DNA of 64,000 nt, taken from positions 1 to 64,000 of the forward strand of contig CAVPIW010000006.1 in assembly GCA_963705105.1 (NCBI GenBank). Reading direction: 5' to 3'. Source of the DNA: an uncultured Nitrospiraceae bacterium (lineage in GTDB: Bacteria; Nitrospirota; Thermodesulfovibrionia; Thermodesulfovibrionales; Dissulfurispiraceae). Positions within the stretch are counted from its first letter, which is position 1. Each line of letters begins with the position of its first letter. Below the pieces are notes generated by a model. That model was not told where the DNA came from and did no database searches. It worked only from the letters and a program-made list of their open reading frames with translations. This document shows, one piece after another, positions 20,671-41,246 of the stretch. A program made the position numbers and the translations under genes.

Positions 20671-22649
20671 ATGGCCTCCATGTCGAGGGCCTCACCGCGT
20701 CGACGGTCGCCGCCGCGCCTGCCGCCGCACGCACCAACGCGGCCCGCCGCGCCCTCGCCTCCTCCGCGACCGCGATGCCGACGTCGACGATGCCGTCGAA
20801 GAAGATCGCATCTGGCTCTTCTTCCCCGCTCGCCCGCCTCGCAGCTGCTGCCTCGGTCCGCTCCGCCTCCTCCTCCTCTTCGGCGGGACGCCGCATCTCT
20901 TCTGTCGCTACGCGGTGAGTGATTGCTGGGCTCAGTTGGCCCGCTAGCGAGTGTCGAATTCCAGGAGGAGAGACGCTCTCTTCTGGCCGCCTCCCTAGTT
21001 TTTTTTTGCTTCTTTCTTCTTCGCTAGCTCGCTTCTCCCCAATTCGCCCATTCTTCTCCGTGTTTGTTTTCCTTCTCTTTCTCCTCCAGAAGGGCTCGAA
21101 AGATGTCGCGTTGTCGCCGCAGATGGCGATGCGATTGCGAAATGCGGCAGCCACGGAGCGACGGATGCGGGATTGAAAAGAGGTGCAGCGCCGACGGAGA
21201 AAAAGCTCGACGCTCTCTTCTCGACCTCTTCTTCCCTCTTCTTCTTCTTCTTCTTCTTTTTCTTCTTATCTCTCTCTCTCCCTCCCTCCAAACCTCTCCA
21301 ACCCTCTCTCGCTCTCTCAAAACACAGCGCCTCCGCTGCTCCCACCGCCACCCGCACCGCCCTCATCCCCCCGCACGGCAACGGCGACGCCCTCGTCGAC
21401 CTCATGCTCAAGGACGACGCTGCCAAGGAGGCCGCGAGGGCCCGGGCCACCAAGACCGTCGAGCTCTCAGACCGCGGCGCGTGCGACGTCGAGCTGCTCG
21501 TCGTCGGCGGGTTCTCCCCGCTCAGGGGCTTCATGGACGAGCGCGAGTACACCGCGGTGGTCCAGACCATGCGCCTCCCCGACGGCCTCCTCTTCGGCCT
21601 CCCCGTCGTCCTCGACACCGATGACGAGTCCATCAAGGAGGGCGACGTCCTGCTCCTGACGTACAGGGGGCAGGAGCTCGCGACGCTCGACGTCTCGAGC
21701 AAGTGGGCGCCGGACAAGCCCGTCGAGGCGAGGCAGTGCTACGGGACCACGTCGATCGAGCACCCGGCCGTGCAGATGATCGCGATGGAGCGCGGCAGGT
21801 ACTACCTGGGGGGCGAGGTCAAGGGCCTCGCGCTCCCCAAGCGCGCCTTCCCCTGCGCGAGCCCGGCCGAGGTGCGGGCGGCGCTGCCCGTCGGCGAGGA
21901 CGTGCTCGCGTTCCAGTGCCGCAACCCCATCCACCGCGCTCACTACGAGCTCTTCACGCGCGCTCTGGACGCGCCGAACGTCTCCAAGGGAGCGGTCTGC
22001 CTCGTGCACCCCACCGTGGGCCCGACGCAGGACGATGACATCCCGGGAGAGGCCCGAGTGCGCACCTACGAGGTCCTGAAGGAGGAGGTCGGCAACCCGA
22101 GGCTGCGGTGGGCGTACCTGCCCTACTCGATGCACATGGCCGGTCCCAGGGAGGCGGTGCAGCACATGGCGATCAGGAAGAATTACGGGTGCACGCACTT
22201 CATCATCGGGAGGGACATGGCCGGGTGCAAGTCGTCGCTGTCTGGTGAGAGGAGAGGAAGTTTTTTTGTATTTTTATTTCCACCACTTTTTGGGGGGGGG
22301 GGGGGGGGGGCCTCTCGCTTCTTCTTTCTTCTCCTTCCTGACCTCGACAAATTTCTATTTTTGACAAAAAACGAATAAAACACCAGGCGACGACTTCTAC
22401 ACCCCCTACGAGGCCCAGGACATGGCCCGCCGCGTCGCGCCCGAGCTCGGCATGGACACGGTCCCCTCGCTTAACATCACATACACCGAGGAGAAGGGCT
22501 ACGTCACGGCCGACGTCGCGGAAAAAGAAAACCTGCACCAGCTTAAGCTTTCGGGCACGAAGTTCAGGCAGCTGCTGCGGTCCGGGGCGGACATCCCGGA
22601 GTGGTTTGCGTTCAAGTCGGTGGTGAAGGTGCTGAGGGAGACGTCGTAG
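20671..22649 (+). CDS. ATS: Plastid ATP sulfurylase, 3 exons
   Basis: Ser/Ala/Arg-rich transit exon 20671-~20914; GGFSPLRGFM, AFQCRNPIHRAH, MHMAGPREAVQH, NYGCTHFIIGRDMAG, LSGTKFRQLL..IPEWF. Confidence 0.93.
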
Positions 22650-23063
22650 AGGAGATTAGAGGAGAGAAGGGAGGAAGGCGATTGAAAAGAGAGGAGGATT
22701 TTGTTTAGTTTTTTTAGGTTCTCGAGAGAGAAAGAGGTAGAGGTCGTTCGCTTTCAGCCGCGCCAACTCCCCGAGAGAGAGAGAGAGATCTGTTCTTAAA
22801 GTTCAATTTTTTTCCCTTTGTCAAAATCGTCTTTCGTTCTATTTTTGCCCGTGATCGCAACGAACGAGAAGAAGAGAAAGAGAAAAGAGAGCAAGAAGGG
22901 GAAGAAAAAGCATGAAGTTTTTCTTTGACTCACACTTTTTTACTCTCTCTCTCGCGCGCGCGCGTGCGCTCTCTCTGTTTCCCCACTGCGCTCTCTCTCT
23001 TTACTCCTCTCCCTGAGCCAATCTCTCTCTCTCTCTCTCTCTCTCTCCGAGTAAAAAAACAAA

Positions 23064-26000
23064 TCAGAGCTCCCCGGGAGGGACGACCTCCTCCCTCGAG
23101 TCCACCGCCTCCTCGACCTCGACAGTCGCGATCTCAAACTCCTTCTCCTTGGCGCGCTCCTCTCCCAAGGACCCTGACCCTCTCGGCCGCGAGCCACTCC
23201 GCGTACTCCTCCCTCGACGCCCTCCAGCTCCTCCACGCCTCCATCGCCGCCCTGCGCTCGGCCACGATCTCGGCGTCCGCCTCGTGCAGCAGCGCTGCGT
23301 CCTCCTCTTCGTAGGCCCGCGCGTACTTCTTCAGGTTGCGCTCGATGGTCTTTTCTGCCTCCGGGCTGAGCAGCGTGGGCGGCCTCGGCCGCCAGAGGAA
23401 CTGGTAGAAGCACTCTTTGGCGGCGGCGTAGAGGGGCCTGCCGTTGAAGGCCCAGACCTGTTTGGAGGAGAAGTATGAGAAGGAGAAGGAGAAAAGAGGG
23501 GAGTTTTTTTTTGGGGGGGGGGGAGTGAGTTTTTTTCTTCAACGTTTTCCCAAATCTCTCACCTCGCTCTCTCTCCCGCCTCTCTCTCCACGAACAAAAA
23601 AAAAAGCCTTCTCTTCTCTCACCTTGTACCCGTTCTCCATCTGGTGCACGCTCGTCACGCTCGTCGCCACGTATCGCCCAGTCGGGTCCCAAGAGACGTC
23701 GGTGGCCATGAAATGCTCGCCGGCCGACAGCGCGTCGCCGGCGTCGGCGTCGACGAAGCTCAGCTGGCCGTTCATGTTCTTGAGTCCCGCAAGGAGCACG
23801 AAGCGGCCCGAGGGGGACCAGAAGAGCGCGTTCGCCTGCTGTCCGGGAAGCGAGCACGCGAGCGCGACGCCTGAGACGCCCGCCTTGGAGGAGCCGGCCA
23901 TATCGTAGATCGAAAAGGTCGGCTTGCCAGCCGAAGCGTTGCCTCCGCCGCCGCCGCCGCCGCCCGTAGACTCCGACACATGCAGCACGCCAAATCGCGT
24001 GCCCGAGGGCTCCCAGCCAAAGTCGACCATGGCCTCGGTCTTGGCCAGATCCAGGACCTCCATCGGGACCGATGCGGCCGCGGAGGAGCCGGAGGAGGTG
24101 GAAGCGACGAGCGCGTCGTCGAAGGTGAAGAGCTCGAGGTTGGTGAAGGTCGACTTGCGCGTCTTGGTGAAGCGCGCGACCTCGACGGCGAGGTAGCGGC
24201 CCTTGGGGTGCCAGTAGCTGTTGAGGGGATGCAAGGGAAGAGAGAAAGAGAAGAAAGAGAGAAAAAGAGAAGAGAAGAAAAGAGAAGAGAAGAGAGTGAG
24301 TTTGTTTCTCCCCCCTCTCTCGACCTCGGCGCGCGCCTCCTCTCCAAAAAGGGGGGGGGACAAAATCTCACCCTCGCACGCGGGACACGGAGAACAGCTG
24401 CTTCTGCCTCAGCTCCACCCTGTCGGGAAGCCTCGTCAGCGCGATCCTGGCCGGGATCTGCTGCTGCTCGTTGCCCTGCCTGGTAGGTCCACAGGATCGG
24501 CGCGGAGGGCGACCACTGGAAGTCGACGACGCCCTCGAGCTTGATCGACCGCTTGTCGAGCAGGCCCATGCCCGGTGCCTCGTAGACGGAGACCGCGCCC
24601 TTGCCCAGCCTCGCGACGAACCTGTCCTCGTCGGCGCGGGCGGCCCGGGCGCGCACCCGGCCCATTGAACAGCGGCCAGCCCGGGCCGCACCCCGGGGGC
24701 CTGCGAGGAGCCGACGGCGAACTCGTCGGCGCCGCCCTCGAATGTGCGCAGCTTGCGCCCCGTGCGCACGCAGAAGAAGTTGATGGTCACGCGCGGCTTC
24801 TCGCGCGGGCCGCCCGGCTCCGCGGCGGAGTAGGTCACCAGGTACTTCTCGGCGGGGCGAGAAGTCGACGCGCTGGACGCCCGCGTGCGCGAACCGGCGC
24901 AGGCGCAGAACTCGGGCCCGCCCCAGAGCGCGACGCCCTGCCGGTGCACCGTCGCGAGGTACGAGCCGCGCGGCGACCACAGCACGAAGCGGTCGGACCA
25001 GAACGGCCGCGAGTGCGCGACCTCGGCCGCGAGCCGGGCGCGTCGCTCCAGGAGACCTCGGTCTCGTCGCCGAAGCGCGCCACGAACTGGTCCCGCCCGC
25101 GGCGGTCGAGCAGCCAGCTCTGCAGGTTGGGGCCCGGCTCGAAGCCGCGCGGCGCGGGCGGCTCGTAGGCGTCGGGCACGGCCTGGAACCGCGCGACGTC
25201 GTCGAAGCCGTTGACGCTAGGGCGTGGGCCTTGTCGAGCTTGTAGCCGTCGGCGTGCGCGACGGCCGCGGCGGCCTCGGCCGGGGACTCGAACTCGACGA
25301 AGGCGAAGCCTTTGGAGAGCTTGGTCTTTTCGTCGACGGGCATGGTGAGTCCCGGCCGTTGTCCTCGCGGCGATGCGTCCGACGGCGGAGAGGACTTTTT
25401 TGACGACGGCGCAGAGCTTTTCGAACTTTTCGGGGGGGACCTGGGGGAGGTTGTCGACGACTGGAGAGAAGTTTTTTTTTTGCGGGGGGGGGGGGGCGGG
25501 GGGGGAGAGAGAGAGGAAAAAGAAAAGGAGAGAGAGGAAAGGGGGTCGAGAGAGAGGTTTAAGAAGAAGACGAGAGAGGAGAAAAAAAAACTCGCTCCCT
25601 CCGTCATCGGCGGCGGCTGAAGACTCGAGCACGGGCGTCTTATTTCCTCGCTTTGCTGGCCATTGCTGATCTTTAAGCCATCACTGGGCACAGATCTCGA
25701 CGCGATCTGTACCATGGAGGGATCAGAAGGATCGACAGAGGCATCGCCAAAGAGAATCGAGCGCCACTCGATTCGAGGTCATTCGCTCTCTCTTCTTTCT
25801 TCTTTCCATCGATCGACGTCGCTCTCTTTTTTCCTTCCTTTACCGATCACACGCCCAAAGCCCGTCTCGGGCCCTTCGTCGTCGCCTCCCCCGTCGTCGT
25901 CGCCGCTCGCGATGCCCATGTCCTCGCCCTCGGGGAGCATCACGTCGTCCAGGTCGAAGCCCCCCAGGGGGAAGCCCTTGGGCTGGCCCTCGTAGAGGCG

Positions 26001-26095
26001 CTCCTCGGCTGGCGTGAGCGGCGCAAACGACGGGCCGTGCCGCCGTTGTTGTCGCGGTTGCCGCCTCGGCCGCGGGAGAGGCCGGCGGGCGCCAT
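23064..26095 (-). CDS. eIF3b: Translation initiation factor eIF3 subunit B, multi-exon, frameshifted
   Basis: VVDNLPQVPPEKFEKL RRM, KGFAFVEF, WSPRGSYLATVHRQGVALWGG, YWHPKGRYLAVEV, EHFMATDVSWDPTGRYVATSV, FYQFLWRPRPP. Confidence 0.92.
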
Positions 26096-26404
26096 GGTTG
26101 CGTTCTTGTTCGGAGAGAGCGGGTGCGTGTGTGAGAAGGAGTCCTCACGCGCTCGCGCTGGCGCTCCCTCTCTCTCGGTGACAAGAAGGAGAGAGAAACG
26201 CGGGGGAGAGAGAGAGGAAAGCAGAGTCTCTGATCGAGAAAAGTGGAGAAAACTTTGAGTCGAAAAGGGGGAGAGAACGAAAAAAACGACTCGACCTCCT
26301 CTCACTCTTCTATTCGACCTTCTTCTTCTTCGGAAGCCCAGAGGAGGAGGAGTTGAGGAAGAGGGCGTTGGGCACTAGCTCTGTTCCCGATCAATTCTGC
26401 AACG

Positions 26405-28374
26405 ATGATGGCTCGCACGGCGAGCCCTCGGATAGCCGCGGGCCAGCCGCTGCCGCCGCGCTTTGAAGAACAAAGCAGCGCGACGCGCCGCGAGTCTTTC
26501 TGCTCTTCCTCGAGCGCCGACGGCGGCGATGATGCCATCGCTGATGCCCCAACATCTTCATCTTCGCCCGCCTCCGGCCGCCTCCTCTGCGTCGCGCTCT
26601 CCCCGTCTCTTGCGCGTACGTCGGGAAGGATTTTGTTCCCTGGGTCTCCGCAAGGAGGTGAGTGGCATCGGAGCTCGCGGACCTATCTGGCTTGAGACGT
26701 TTTTTTTTTGAGACATCCAATTTGTTTCTTTGCCGCTGCTGTCTCTCGAGTCGATCAGGCGCACCTCCTCACCTCTGTCTCTGTCTCTCTTTCTCTCTCT
26801 CTTTCTCCACTCGACCTGTACCTCCACCAACAGCAGGCAGCGCGCCGCCGCCTCCGTCGTCTCCTCTCCCGCGCTCGGCAAGGACAGGCTCGTGCTCGTG
26901 ACTCTAAGCGAAGACGAAGACGAGGAGCCGGAGCGCATCTCTTCTGCTTCCTCCGCTGCCTCTTCCTCCTCCTCCTCTCATCGACGAGCAGCGACAGCGG
27001 CGGCAGCGGCCTCTCCCCGGCGACGTCGCGGCCGCCGCCGCCGCCCCTTCTCTCCCCGAGGAGGAGACGAGGAAGAAGCCACTGGTGATCCTCTTCGGGT
27101 GGCTCGGGGCCCGCGCCAAGGACCTCGCCAAGTACGCCGAGGCGTGGCAGGTGAGAAAGAGAGAAAGAGAAAAGAGAGAGAATGAAGAGAGAGAGAGTTT
27201 TTTTCGACTTTGGGTTTTTTTCTCAACTTTTTTTCGCTCCAAAAAAAAAAAAATTCTTCTCCTCTCTCTTAGGCCCTCGGACTCGACACCCTTACGGCCC
27301 GACCCCCTCTCGCCGCCGTGCTTTTCCCTCCGTTCGCGTCACACGCGCGGCCGACTCCGTGCTCTCCCTGGCCAGAAAGCCCTGGAAGGAGGAGAAGAGG
27401 AAGGAGAAGGGAAACGGTGGGGACCGAAAGGTTATCGCGCACGTTTTCTCGAATGCAGGCTTTCTGTTTTCGGGAACCTGCCTCGCGCGGGAGGCGCAGG
27501 AGGGGCGGCGACGGAGGAACCTCTTCTCTCCGCTCCAGGCTCCGAGGGGTCATCTTCGACTCGTGCCCGGCGAGCGTGGACGAGGACATGGCGCTGCGCG
27601 GGATCTCCGCGGCCGCGAGGGGCGTCCCTGCGGCGAGGGCAAAGGCGGCGGCGGGGAAGGAGAAGCGGAGGCGGAAGAAGAAGGGTCGGCCTCGACTTCT
27701 TCTTCCTCTTCGACCCTTCGTCTTCTTCTCCTCACTCGATCCTCTCCCCTCGCTCCGCCTCCCCCGTCTCTCTTCTAAACTTCCACCTCTTCCCTGCGAG
27801 ATTCGGCGCTGAAGGTGGCCCTGCGCGCCTTCCTGCGAGCGGGCCCATCGAGAGGGCGATGGAGGCCGCTTGGCGGGCCTGGGAGGGCCCGTCGAGCGGC
27901 GGCGGCAGCGACAAGAGTCGGGAGCGGCGGCGGCGGCGGCGTCAAGAAGAAGAAGAAGAAGAAGAAGAAGAAGAAGAACAAGAAGAAGAAAGAAGAAGAA
28001 GAAGAGAACGGGTTTCCTCCTCCGCCGCCGCCCCCCTCGTGCCCGCGGGTCTACGCCTACTCCCTGTCCGACGCGCTCATCCCCCCGGAGAGCGTGGAGG
28101 CGGTCGCCGCGGCCGCCGCGGCGAGGGCAAGGGGGCGGAGAGGAAGAAGGGAGGAGGAGGAGGAGGGGGAACTCGTTCTTCTTCTTCGTCCTCTTCCTCT
28201 TCCCTTCCGTTGATGCCGCTGCCGGCTGTCTCGCTCCGCGTGTTCGACTCGCCTCACTGCGAGCACCTGCGGTGGCACCCGCGGGAGTACCTCGAGCTGA
28301 TGGAGAGCTTCTCCAGGGCGATAGTGGAGGCGGAGGAAGATAAAGAAGAAGAAGACGCGATTCTACAGTTGTAA
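26405..28374 (+). CDS. TMEM53/DUF829 alpha-beta hydrolase-like protein; 5' end uncertain
   Basis: PLVILFGWLGARAKDLAKYAEAW, VIAHVFSNAGF, GVIFDSCP, YAYSLSDALIP, FDSPHCEHLRWHPREY; TGTAA at the stop. Confidence 0.8.
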
Positions 28375-28427
28375 AAAACAAACAAAGAAAAACGGAAGAA
28401 AAAAAAATCAACTTTTTTCTCTTTTTT

Positions 28428-29828
<1,401 letters not shown>

Positions 29829-30295
29829 CGAATTTCTCAAAGGAAGAAAAAAAACGACGAGAAAAATGAGTTCCCCCCTCGACCTCGACCTGAACCACCA
29901 TTTTTTTTATAATTTGAAAGAAAGAGGGGAGAAAGAGGAAGAAATAGAGTTCCCGCATCCCGGTTGCACAAAGTAGAACAAAGAAAACGAAATAGAAAAA
30001 GGAGAGACACTCTCTCGCGCGCGTCTCCCACGCCAAGTGAAGAAAAAAGTCCCGTTCTAAAAGCTCTTTTCTTTCTTTTTCTCCTCGAAAAACTCCGCCA
30101 CTTCCCAAAAACGCGCGCTCTCTCTTTCCTCCCTTTCTCCGTCTCTCTTTCTCATTTTTTCTCTCTATTATTATTCATTCTCTTCTTCTCTTTTTCTCTG
30201 AAAGGGTAGGGGGGCTAAAAAGAAGGCGCAGGCTTTAGTTGTATAAACTCGCCGCAGTCTCGACTCGAGCTTTCTCAAGAAGGACCCCCTAAGAT

Positions 30296-30397
<102 letters not shown>

Positions 30398-30669
30398 ATT
30401 TTGTCGCCGTCGTTTCGCCACCCCCCCCCAAACAGATTTGTCTCTCTCCTCTCTCCAAAACCAAAACAAGTAGCAGTGTTCATTCGTTCTTGTTTCTCTC
30501 TCCCTCCCCGATTGCGTGTTAAAAAAGGACCGTAAAAAGAAAAAAAGTGGTGTTGTTATTGTTGATGGTTGTTGTTAATTTCTCTTTCGCTCGCGCGCGC
30601 CGCACGGCGACGGAAAAAAACCCGAAAAGACGCAAAAAGTCAAAAAAGTTCTCCGACTTTTTTCAAACT

Positions 30670-33189
<2,520 letters not shown>

Positions 33190-33456
33190 CTTGATGTTGG
33201 TGTGTGAGAGAGGAGGAGGAGAGAGGAAGAAGAGGAGAAAGAGGCCGGGAGGTGGGCAAGGTATTCTCAAAAGGGTGCGAGAGAGAGAGAAGAGAGAGAG
33301 AGAGAGGAGAGAGCCTAGGAGAGAGAGAGAAGAGTGTTTTTTTGTGTGTGAAAAGAGAGTGATGGTCTTCGAGAGTTTCTTTTTTTTCATTTTCGACTTC
33401 TCGATTGATCGATTGGAACGAAACCTTTCTCTGTCCAATTTCACTTTCTCTCATCC

Positions 33457-35292
33457 ATGGCGCTCTCGCTCCGCTGCGTCGACTGCGGCGCCCAGCTCCG
33501 CAGCGTCAAGGAGGCCCAGGACCACGGAGAGGCCACGGGCCACAGCAACTTCGAGGAGTCTGTCGAGGCGTGCTGACGCTGGTGAGAGAGAAAGCGAAAA
33601 GAGAGAGCGAATGATCAAGAAAGATCGAGCAGCGCGCGAGGGGCGTGAGCGCGCTGTCTCTCTCTCTCTCTCTCTCTTCGCCGGCCGCGACCCCCGCCTC
33701 TTCCTCCTCCAACTCCACCTTTTCCCCAATCCCCCACCACCACCACCACCACCCAGGTCTGCGCCGAATGCGGCAAGCCCTGCCGCTCCAAGGTCGAGCA
33801 AGAGATGCACGAGGCTCAACCCCGGCCACGAAGAGTTCGTCGACGAGACGGGGCGAGGTGCGCGCAGAAAATGGACACCGAGGGCGAAGTGAAAGCAGCG
33901 CGCGATCGCCGCGAGGGAGGCAGCCATGGCTGCTGCGGCGGCAGATCGATGGTGAGTCCAAGGAGGGGGCCAAGAAGAAGAGGGGAAAAGGACGAGGCAG
34001 CAGCGGCGGCGGCGTTCGTGCCCTCAAGGACCCTGCGACTTTCATCGAGCCCGCGGTCGACGCCGCGGCGCTCGAGTCTTTGTGGCGATGGGCTTCTCGC
34101 GCAACAAGGCCTGCGCGCGCTGCACTTCTCGAGCGGCGGGAGCGACGCGCACGCGCGGCAACGACGGGAGCGGGGGGAGCGTGGAGGGCGCCGTTGCGTG
34201 GCTGGAGGCGAAGGAGGCCAAGTTCTCTGCTGCTGGAGGTTCTTCGGCAACTGCGACAGCGGCAAGCGAAGAAGGAGAAAAAGAGGGAAGAAGGAGGAAG
34301 AAGGCGAGGCGGGCGGCCTGGGAGCCAGAGAAACTTCTCCAGACCCCGCCGCCCTCTTCGCCGCCCAGCTCGAAGAGCCCCTGCTCCTGCCCCCTGGCCC
34401 CCCACCAAAGCCCAAGCTCTCGAAGGAGGAAGCCGCTGCGAAAGCGGCCGAGATGCTCGCCGCCGCCAAGGCCCGCCGCGCCGCCGAGGAGGCCGCCCAA
34501 GAAAAGGAGAGGGAGGCCAACCGGATCCGAGCGGGCAAGGAGCTGCTGCTCGCCAAGCGCAAGGAGGAAGAGCTCGCCGGAAAACGCGCCGCCGAGGCCC
34601 GAAGGCTGGAGAAGGAGGAGGTCGAGCGCGCGAGGCTGAAAGTGAAGGAGAAGCTGGAGGAGGACAGGGGTCCCGCCGCATGGCGCTGGGCTTGCCGCCG
34701 GAGCTGTCCGAGGAGGAGAGGGCGGCCGAGGCCGCGAAGGAGGCCGCCAAGGTGGCGGCGGAGGCGGCGAAGAGGCTCCCGGTAAATCCGTTGCGGTGCG
34801 GAACGGAAAAGGAGAGAGAAAGAGAGAAAGAAAGAGTTTGGATTGTTTTTTTTTTTCAAACGAAAAAGAAAAAAAAACTCACCCCCTTTTTTCTTTCTTT
34901 CTTTCTCTCTTTCTCTTGACCAAAAACAAAAACAACAAAACATCCCTGTCCAAACAACGCGAGATCCTGGTCTTGATGAAAAAGCACGGGCCGAAGAGAA
35001 AGCCAAGACGTGCTTCGAGACCCTCCTCAAGATTGTCGCCAACGTCGGGACCAACCCGACGGAGCCCAAGTTCCGAAAGCTGCGGCTCGCCAACGCCGCG
35101 CTGGACTCCCGCGTGTTCTCGGTGCCCGGCGCGCTGGACTTTCTCGGCCTGGCGGGCTTCGCGAGGGAGGCGGGGGAGGGAGGGGAGGCGCTGCTGGTCC
35201 TGCCAGAGGGCAGGGCGAGGCCGGCGGACCTGCAGGAGGTCGCGTCGCTGCTGGACTCGGCGCTGAACAACCCGATGTTTGGGGCTCTGTAG
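33457..35292 (+). CDS. Zinc finger + UBA + PUB domain protein (Cdc48/p97 cofactor-like)
   Basis: LRCVDCGAQL..AQDH...GH, CAECGKPC, MGFSRNKA UBA segment, coiled coil, and PUB segment TLLKIVANV..NP.EPKFRKLRLAN..GALDFL..AGF. Confidence 0.82.
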
Positions 35293-35493
35293 GAGGCGCG
35301 TTTTTTTCCTTTTTATTTTGTTCTTTTGCAGTGCAAAATATAAAAGGGGGAAAGGAAGAAGAAATATGTCTCTCCGTGCGGAGACGCGCCGCTCTGTCTC
35401 TCTCTCGATCGAGGGGGAAAAAAACCCCGAAAAAAGTTCAAAACAAAAAACTCGCTCACTCTCTCTCTTCCCTCTCCGCCTCGCTCCTCCTCT

Positions 35494-38493
<3,000 letters not shown>

Positions 38494-38677
38494 GATGGCG
38501 AGGAGCTTCCTCTTCGCTGTGCTGCGAGAGAAAAGAGAGAGGGGGGGAGGGGGAACGAAGCCACGAGGCGCGACAGAGAGAGAAAGTTGGAAAAAAAAAG
38601 TGCCTTCTTACGTTCGACCTCGACTGCGCGCTCTCTCTTTTTTTTTACAAAAAAAAAACTCTTCAAAAACCCAACTT

Positions 38678-40995
38678 TCACCGCCGCATCTGCTGCTGCT
38701 GATGCTGCATATGCTGTTGCTGCATCCTCGCCTGCTGCTGCTGCTGCTGGTACTGCTGTTGATACTGCTGCTGGAACTGCTGCTGCTGCTGGTGCTGGGA
38801 AGCGGAGCTCGCGGAGAAACGCCCATCTCCGCCATCCGCGCCGCGAGGGCGCTCTTGGCCTCGAGCATCGCCAGGAGTTCGAGCCTGCAGCGCCAGCCAG
38901 GCGCCGCAGGCCGCCCGCGTCGGGTAGGCCGGCCTGCCCGAGGGGAGGCCGCACTCGGCCAGGGCGGCCTCGAGGGCCTTGGCGGCGGCGATGCGGGCCG
39001 AGGCGGCGGCGGCGGTGGGGGTCCGGCGGCGGCGGCCGCGGCGGACGAGGCTGCTCCGGCCGAGGCTGCGGCAGCCGCGCCCGCCCCGCCGGGGGCCAGC
39101 GGGCACGCGCCGCCGGCCCTCGCCCTCGCCACCTGCGCAGCGGCGGCCTCCCTGACGCTGGCGGACCTCGAGATCACTCCGGGCCGCGGGCGGTAGGGGC
39201 GCGCGTCGGCGTCGAAGAGTGAGGGCGCGCCCCGCGGCGGCGGCGCCGAAAAGTCGAGCGGCGCCAGCAGCGGCAGCTCGTCCGAGGCCCACGGCATCGC
39301 CGACGACGCGGCGGCGGCCGCGGCCGCCGCCTGGGCGGCGGCGGCGGCGGCCGCGGCGGCGGCCGCGGCCGCCGGGTCCCCGGGAGCGGCGGCGGCGTTC
39401 GCGGCGGCCGCGTTCGCGGCAGCGGCGGTGGTGGCGACGGCGGAGGAGAAGCGGCGGCGTTGGCCGCCGCGGGCCCGCCGGCCGCGGCGGCCGCGGCGGC
39501 GGCGGCCGCGGCCGCGGCGGCCGCGGCCTGCGCGGCCCTCTGCGCCTCGGCCTTCCTCGCGGCCTCGATCCCCCTCGCCCGCTCCAGCACCTCGGCCTCC
39601 TCGCGCTCCGCCCGGGGGCTCCGCGCCAGCAGCAGCTCGACGGCGGCCTTGCGCTCGCGCTCGTGCGAGGCCGCGTAGGGGGCGCGGACGGCGACGTGGT
39701 GCGCGGCGGCGCTCTCGCCGCCCTCTCTCGCGACGAGCAGGGCGCGCGAGATGCCGAAGTAGCGCTCCTTCAGGTCCTCGACCGTGCGGGTCTGGCCTCC
39801 GGGGAACTGGGGACGTTTAGAGAGGGGGGGGGGGTGGGGGTGAGAAAAGAGGAGACGGTGGACACAAGGAGCGACCACGGGGGGAAACAGACGGGGAGAG
39901 AGCGAGGGGGCAGGGGGGCAGAAAAAGAGGAGACGACGGAACGAAGCAGCGACCTCGGGGGGGGGGTCGGCGAGGAGGCGGCGAGCGGGGAGGGGAAGCA
40001 AGGGCCCCCGCTTCTCGACGGACCTTGTACCGGTCGGCGACGACGTGGAACCGCAGCCCGAACCGGTCGAGCAGGCCCAGGAGGTAGTCGGACTCCTCCC
40101 TGTCCCAGCCCTGGGCCGGGGGGACCACGGAGGCCCACTCGTCGTCGTCGTAGCGCAGGGCCCTCGGCCGCTTGTTGAACGCGGCGAAGGGGTACGGGGC
40201 GCCGCCGTCGGCCGGCGCGGCGGCGGCGCGGGCCTGCGGCCGCGGCCGGGCGAGTCAAAGTCCGCGGCCGGCGTGCCGGGCGGCGGCGCGAGGAGCTTGG
40301 CCGGGAACAGGCATTTGACCCAGTGGACCAGCTTCAGGGGCTTGTCGCCCTCCGTCGCCGCGCGCGGCGTTCTCGAAGGGGCGGAGCTGCCAGGTGACGG
40401 CCTCGCCTTTCTTGCGCTTGCGGCCGCGGATCTTGGCGACGGCGGCGGCGGCGGCCGCGGCGGCGTTGGCCGCCGCCGAGCCCTTCTTGGGACCCGCGGC
40501 GCCCTTTCTTGCTGGACGACGCTCCTCCTGCTCCTCCTGCCCCTCCGGCTCCGAGGAGCTTCAGGAGGAGGTGCCGGCGACGGAGCGGAGGGCGTCGGCC
40601 GCGGCGGAGGGGGCGATAGGGTGCGCTCTGTTTTGCGTTTTGAGGTTTTGAGGTTTTCGTTCAAGTCGAGGTCGAGAGGGTGAGGAAGGAGAGCAACGAA
40701 AGCCGATGGATTTGTCGAGGCATCTTCTTGTTCCTCCTCTTTCTCTTTCTCTTTCTCTCGCTCTTTTTCTCCCTCGAAACTCTTCTTACCCGTCAAGGAG
40801 CGCGTACGCCTCGCGGGACATGCCCGCGGGCCTCGGCGGGCGGACCTCGCGCGGCTGGCGGTTGCCCAGCGCGGCAGCTGCGGCGGCGGCAGGGGCGGCC
40901 GCGGCGGCGATCGACGATGTCGAGCCTGGAGGGAGGGCAGGCGCCGCCCCTCCTCCTCCGCGGGCGACGCCGAGGATGTCCTTGACGTCGGACAT
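38678..40995 (-). CDS. SWC4: SWC4/DMAP1 (NuA4/SWR1 subunit), frameshifted, poly-Q tail
   Basis: MSDVKDILG, RPAGMSREAYAL, LKLVHWVK, YPFAAFNK, SANT segment WDREESDYLLGLLDRFGLRFHVVADRY, RTVEDLKERYF. Confidence 0.88.
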
Positions 40996-41246
40996 GGCTT
41001 CCTTTGCTGCCTCGTTCGAGAGCGTGTGTGTGCCCCGCGCGTTTAGCAGTCGAGAAAGAGGGAGAGAGAGGAGAGAGAGAGACGCGCCAAAGCGCCGAAG
41101 AGAAAAAAAGAGTGGAAATCACTGTCTGCGAGTTCTTTGCGCACATAAAAAATCACCCAAAAGCGAGAGCCAATCTCCTTGCTTTCTTCTCGCGCTCCAA
41201 ACACCTCGCAGGCGCGCTGCGACACTTCAATTCTCCGCGTGTCGAG

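Noticed and set aside
20648..21154. Minus-strand 168-aa ORF
   Set aside because: It is the antisense of the ATP sulfurylase transit-peptide exon.
25595..25730. Possible snoRNA in an eIF3b intron (GTGATGG, hairpin GGTACAGATC/GATCTGTGCC)
   Set aside because: Box order is unconvincing and no guide was recognised; still worth including in a cmscan run.
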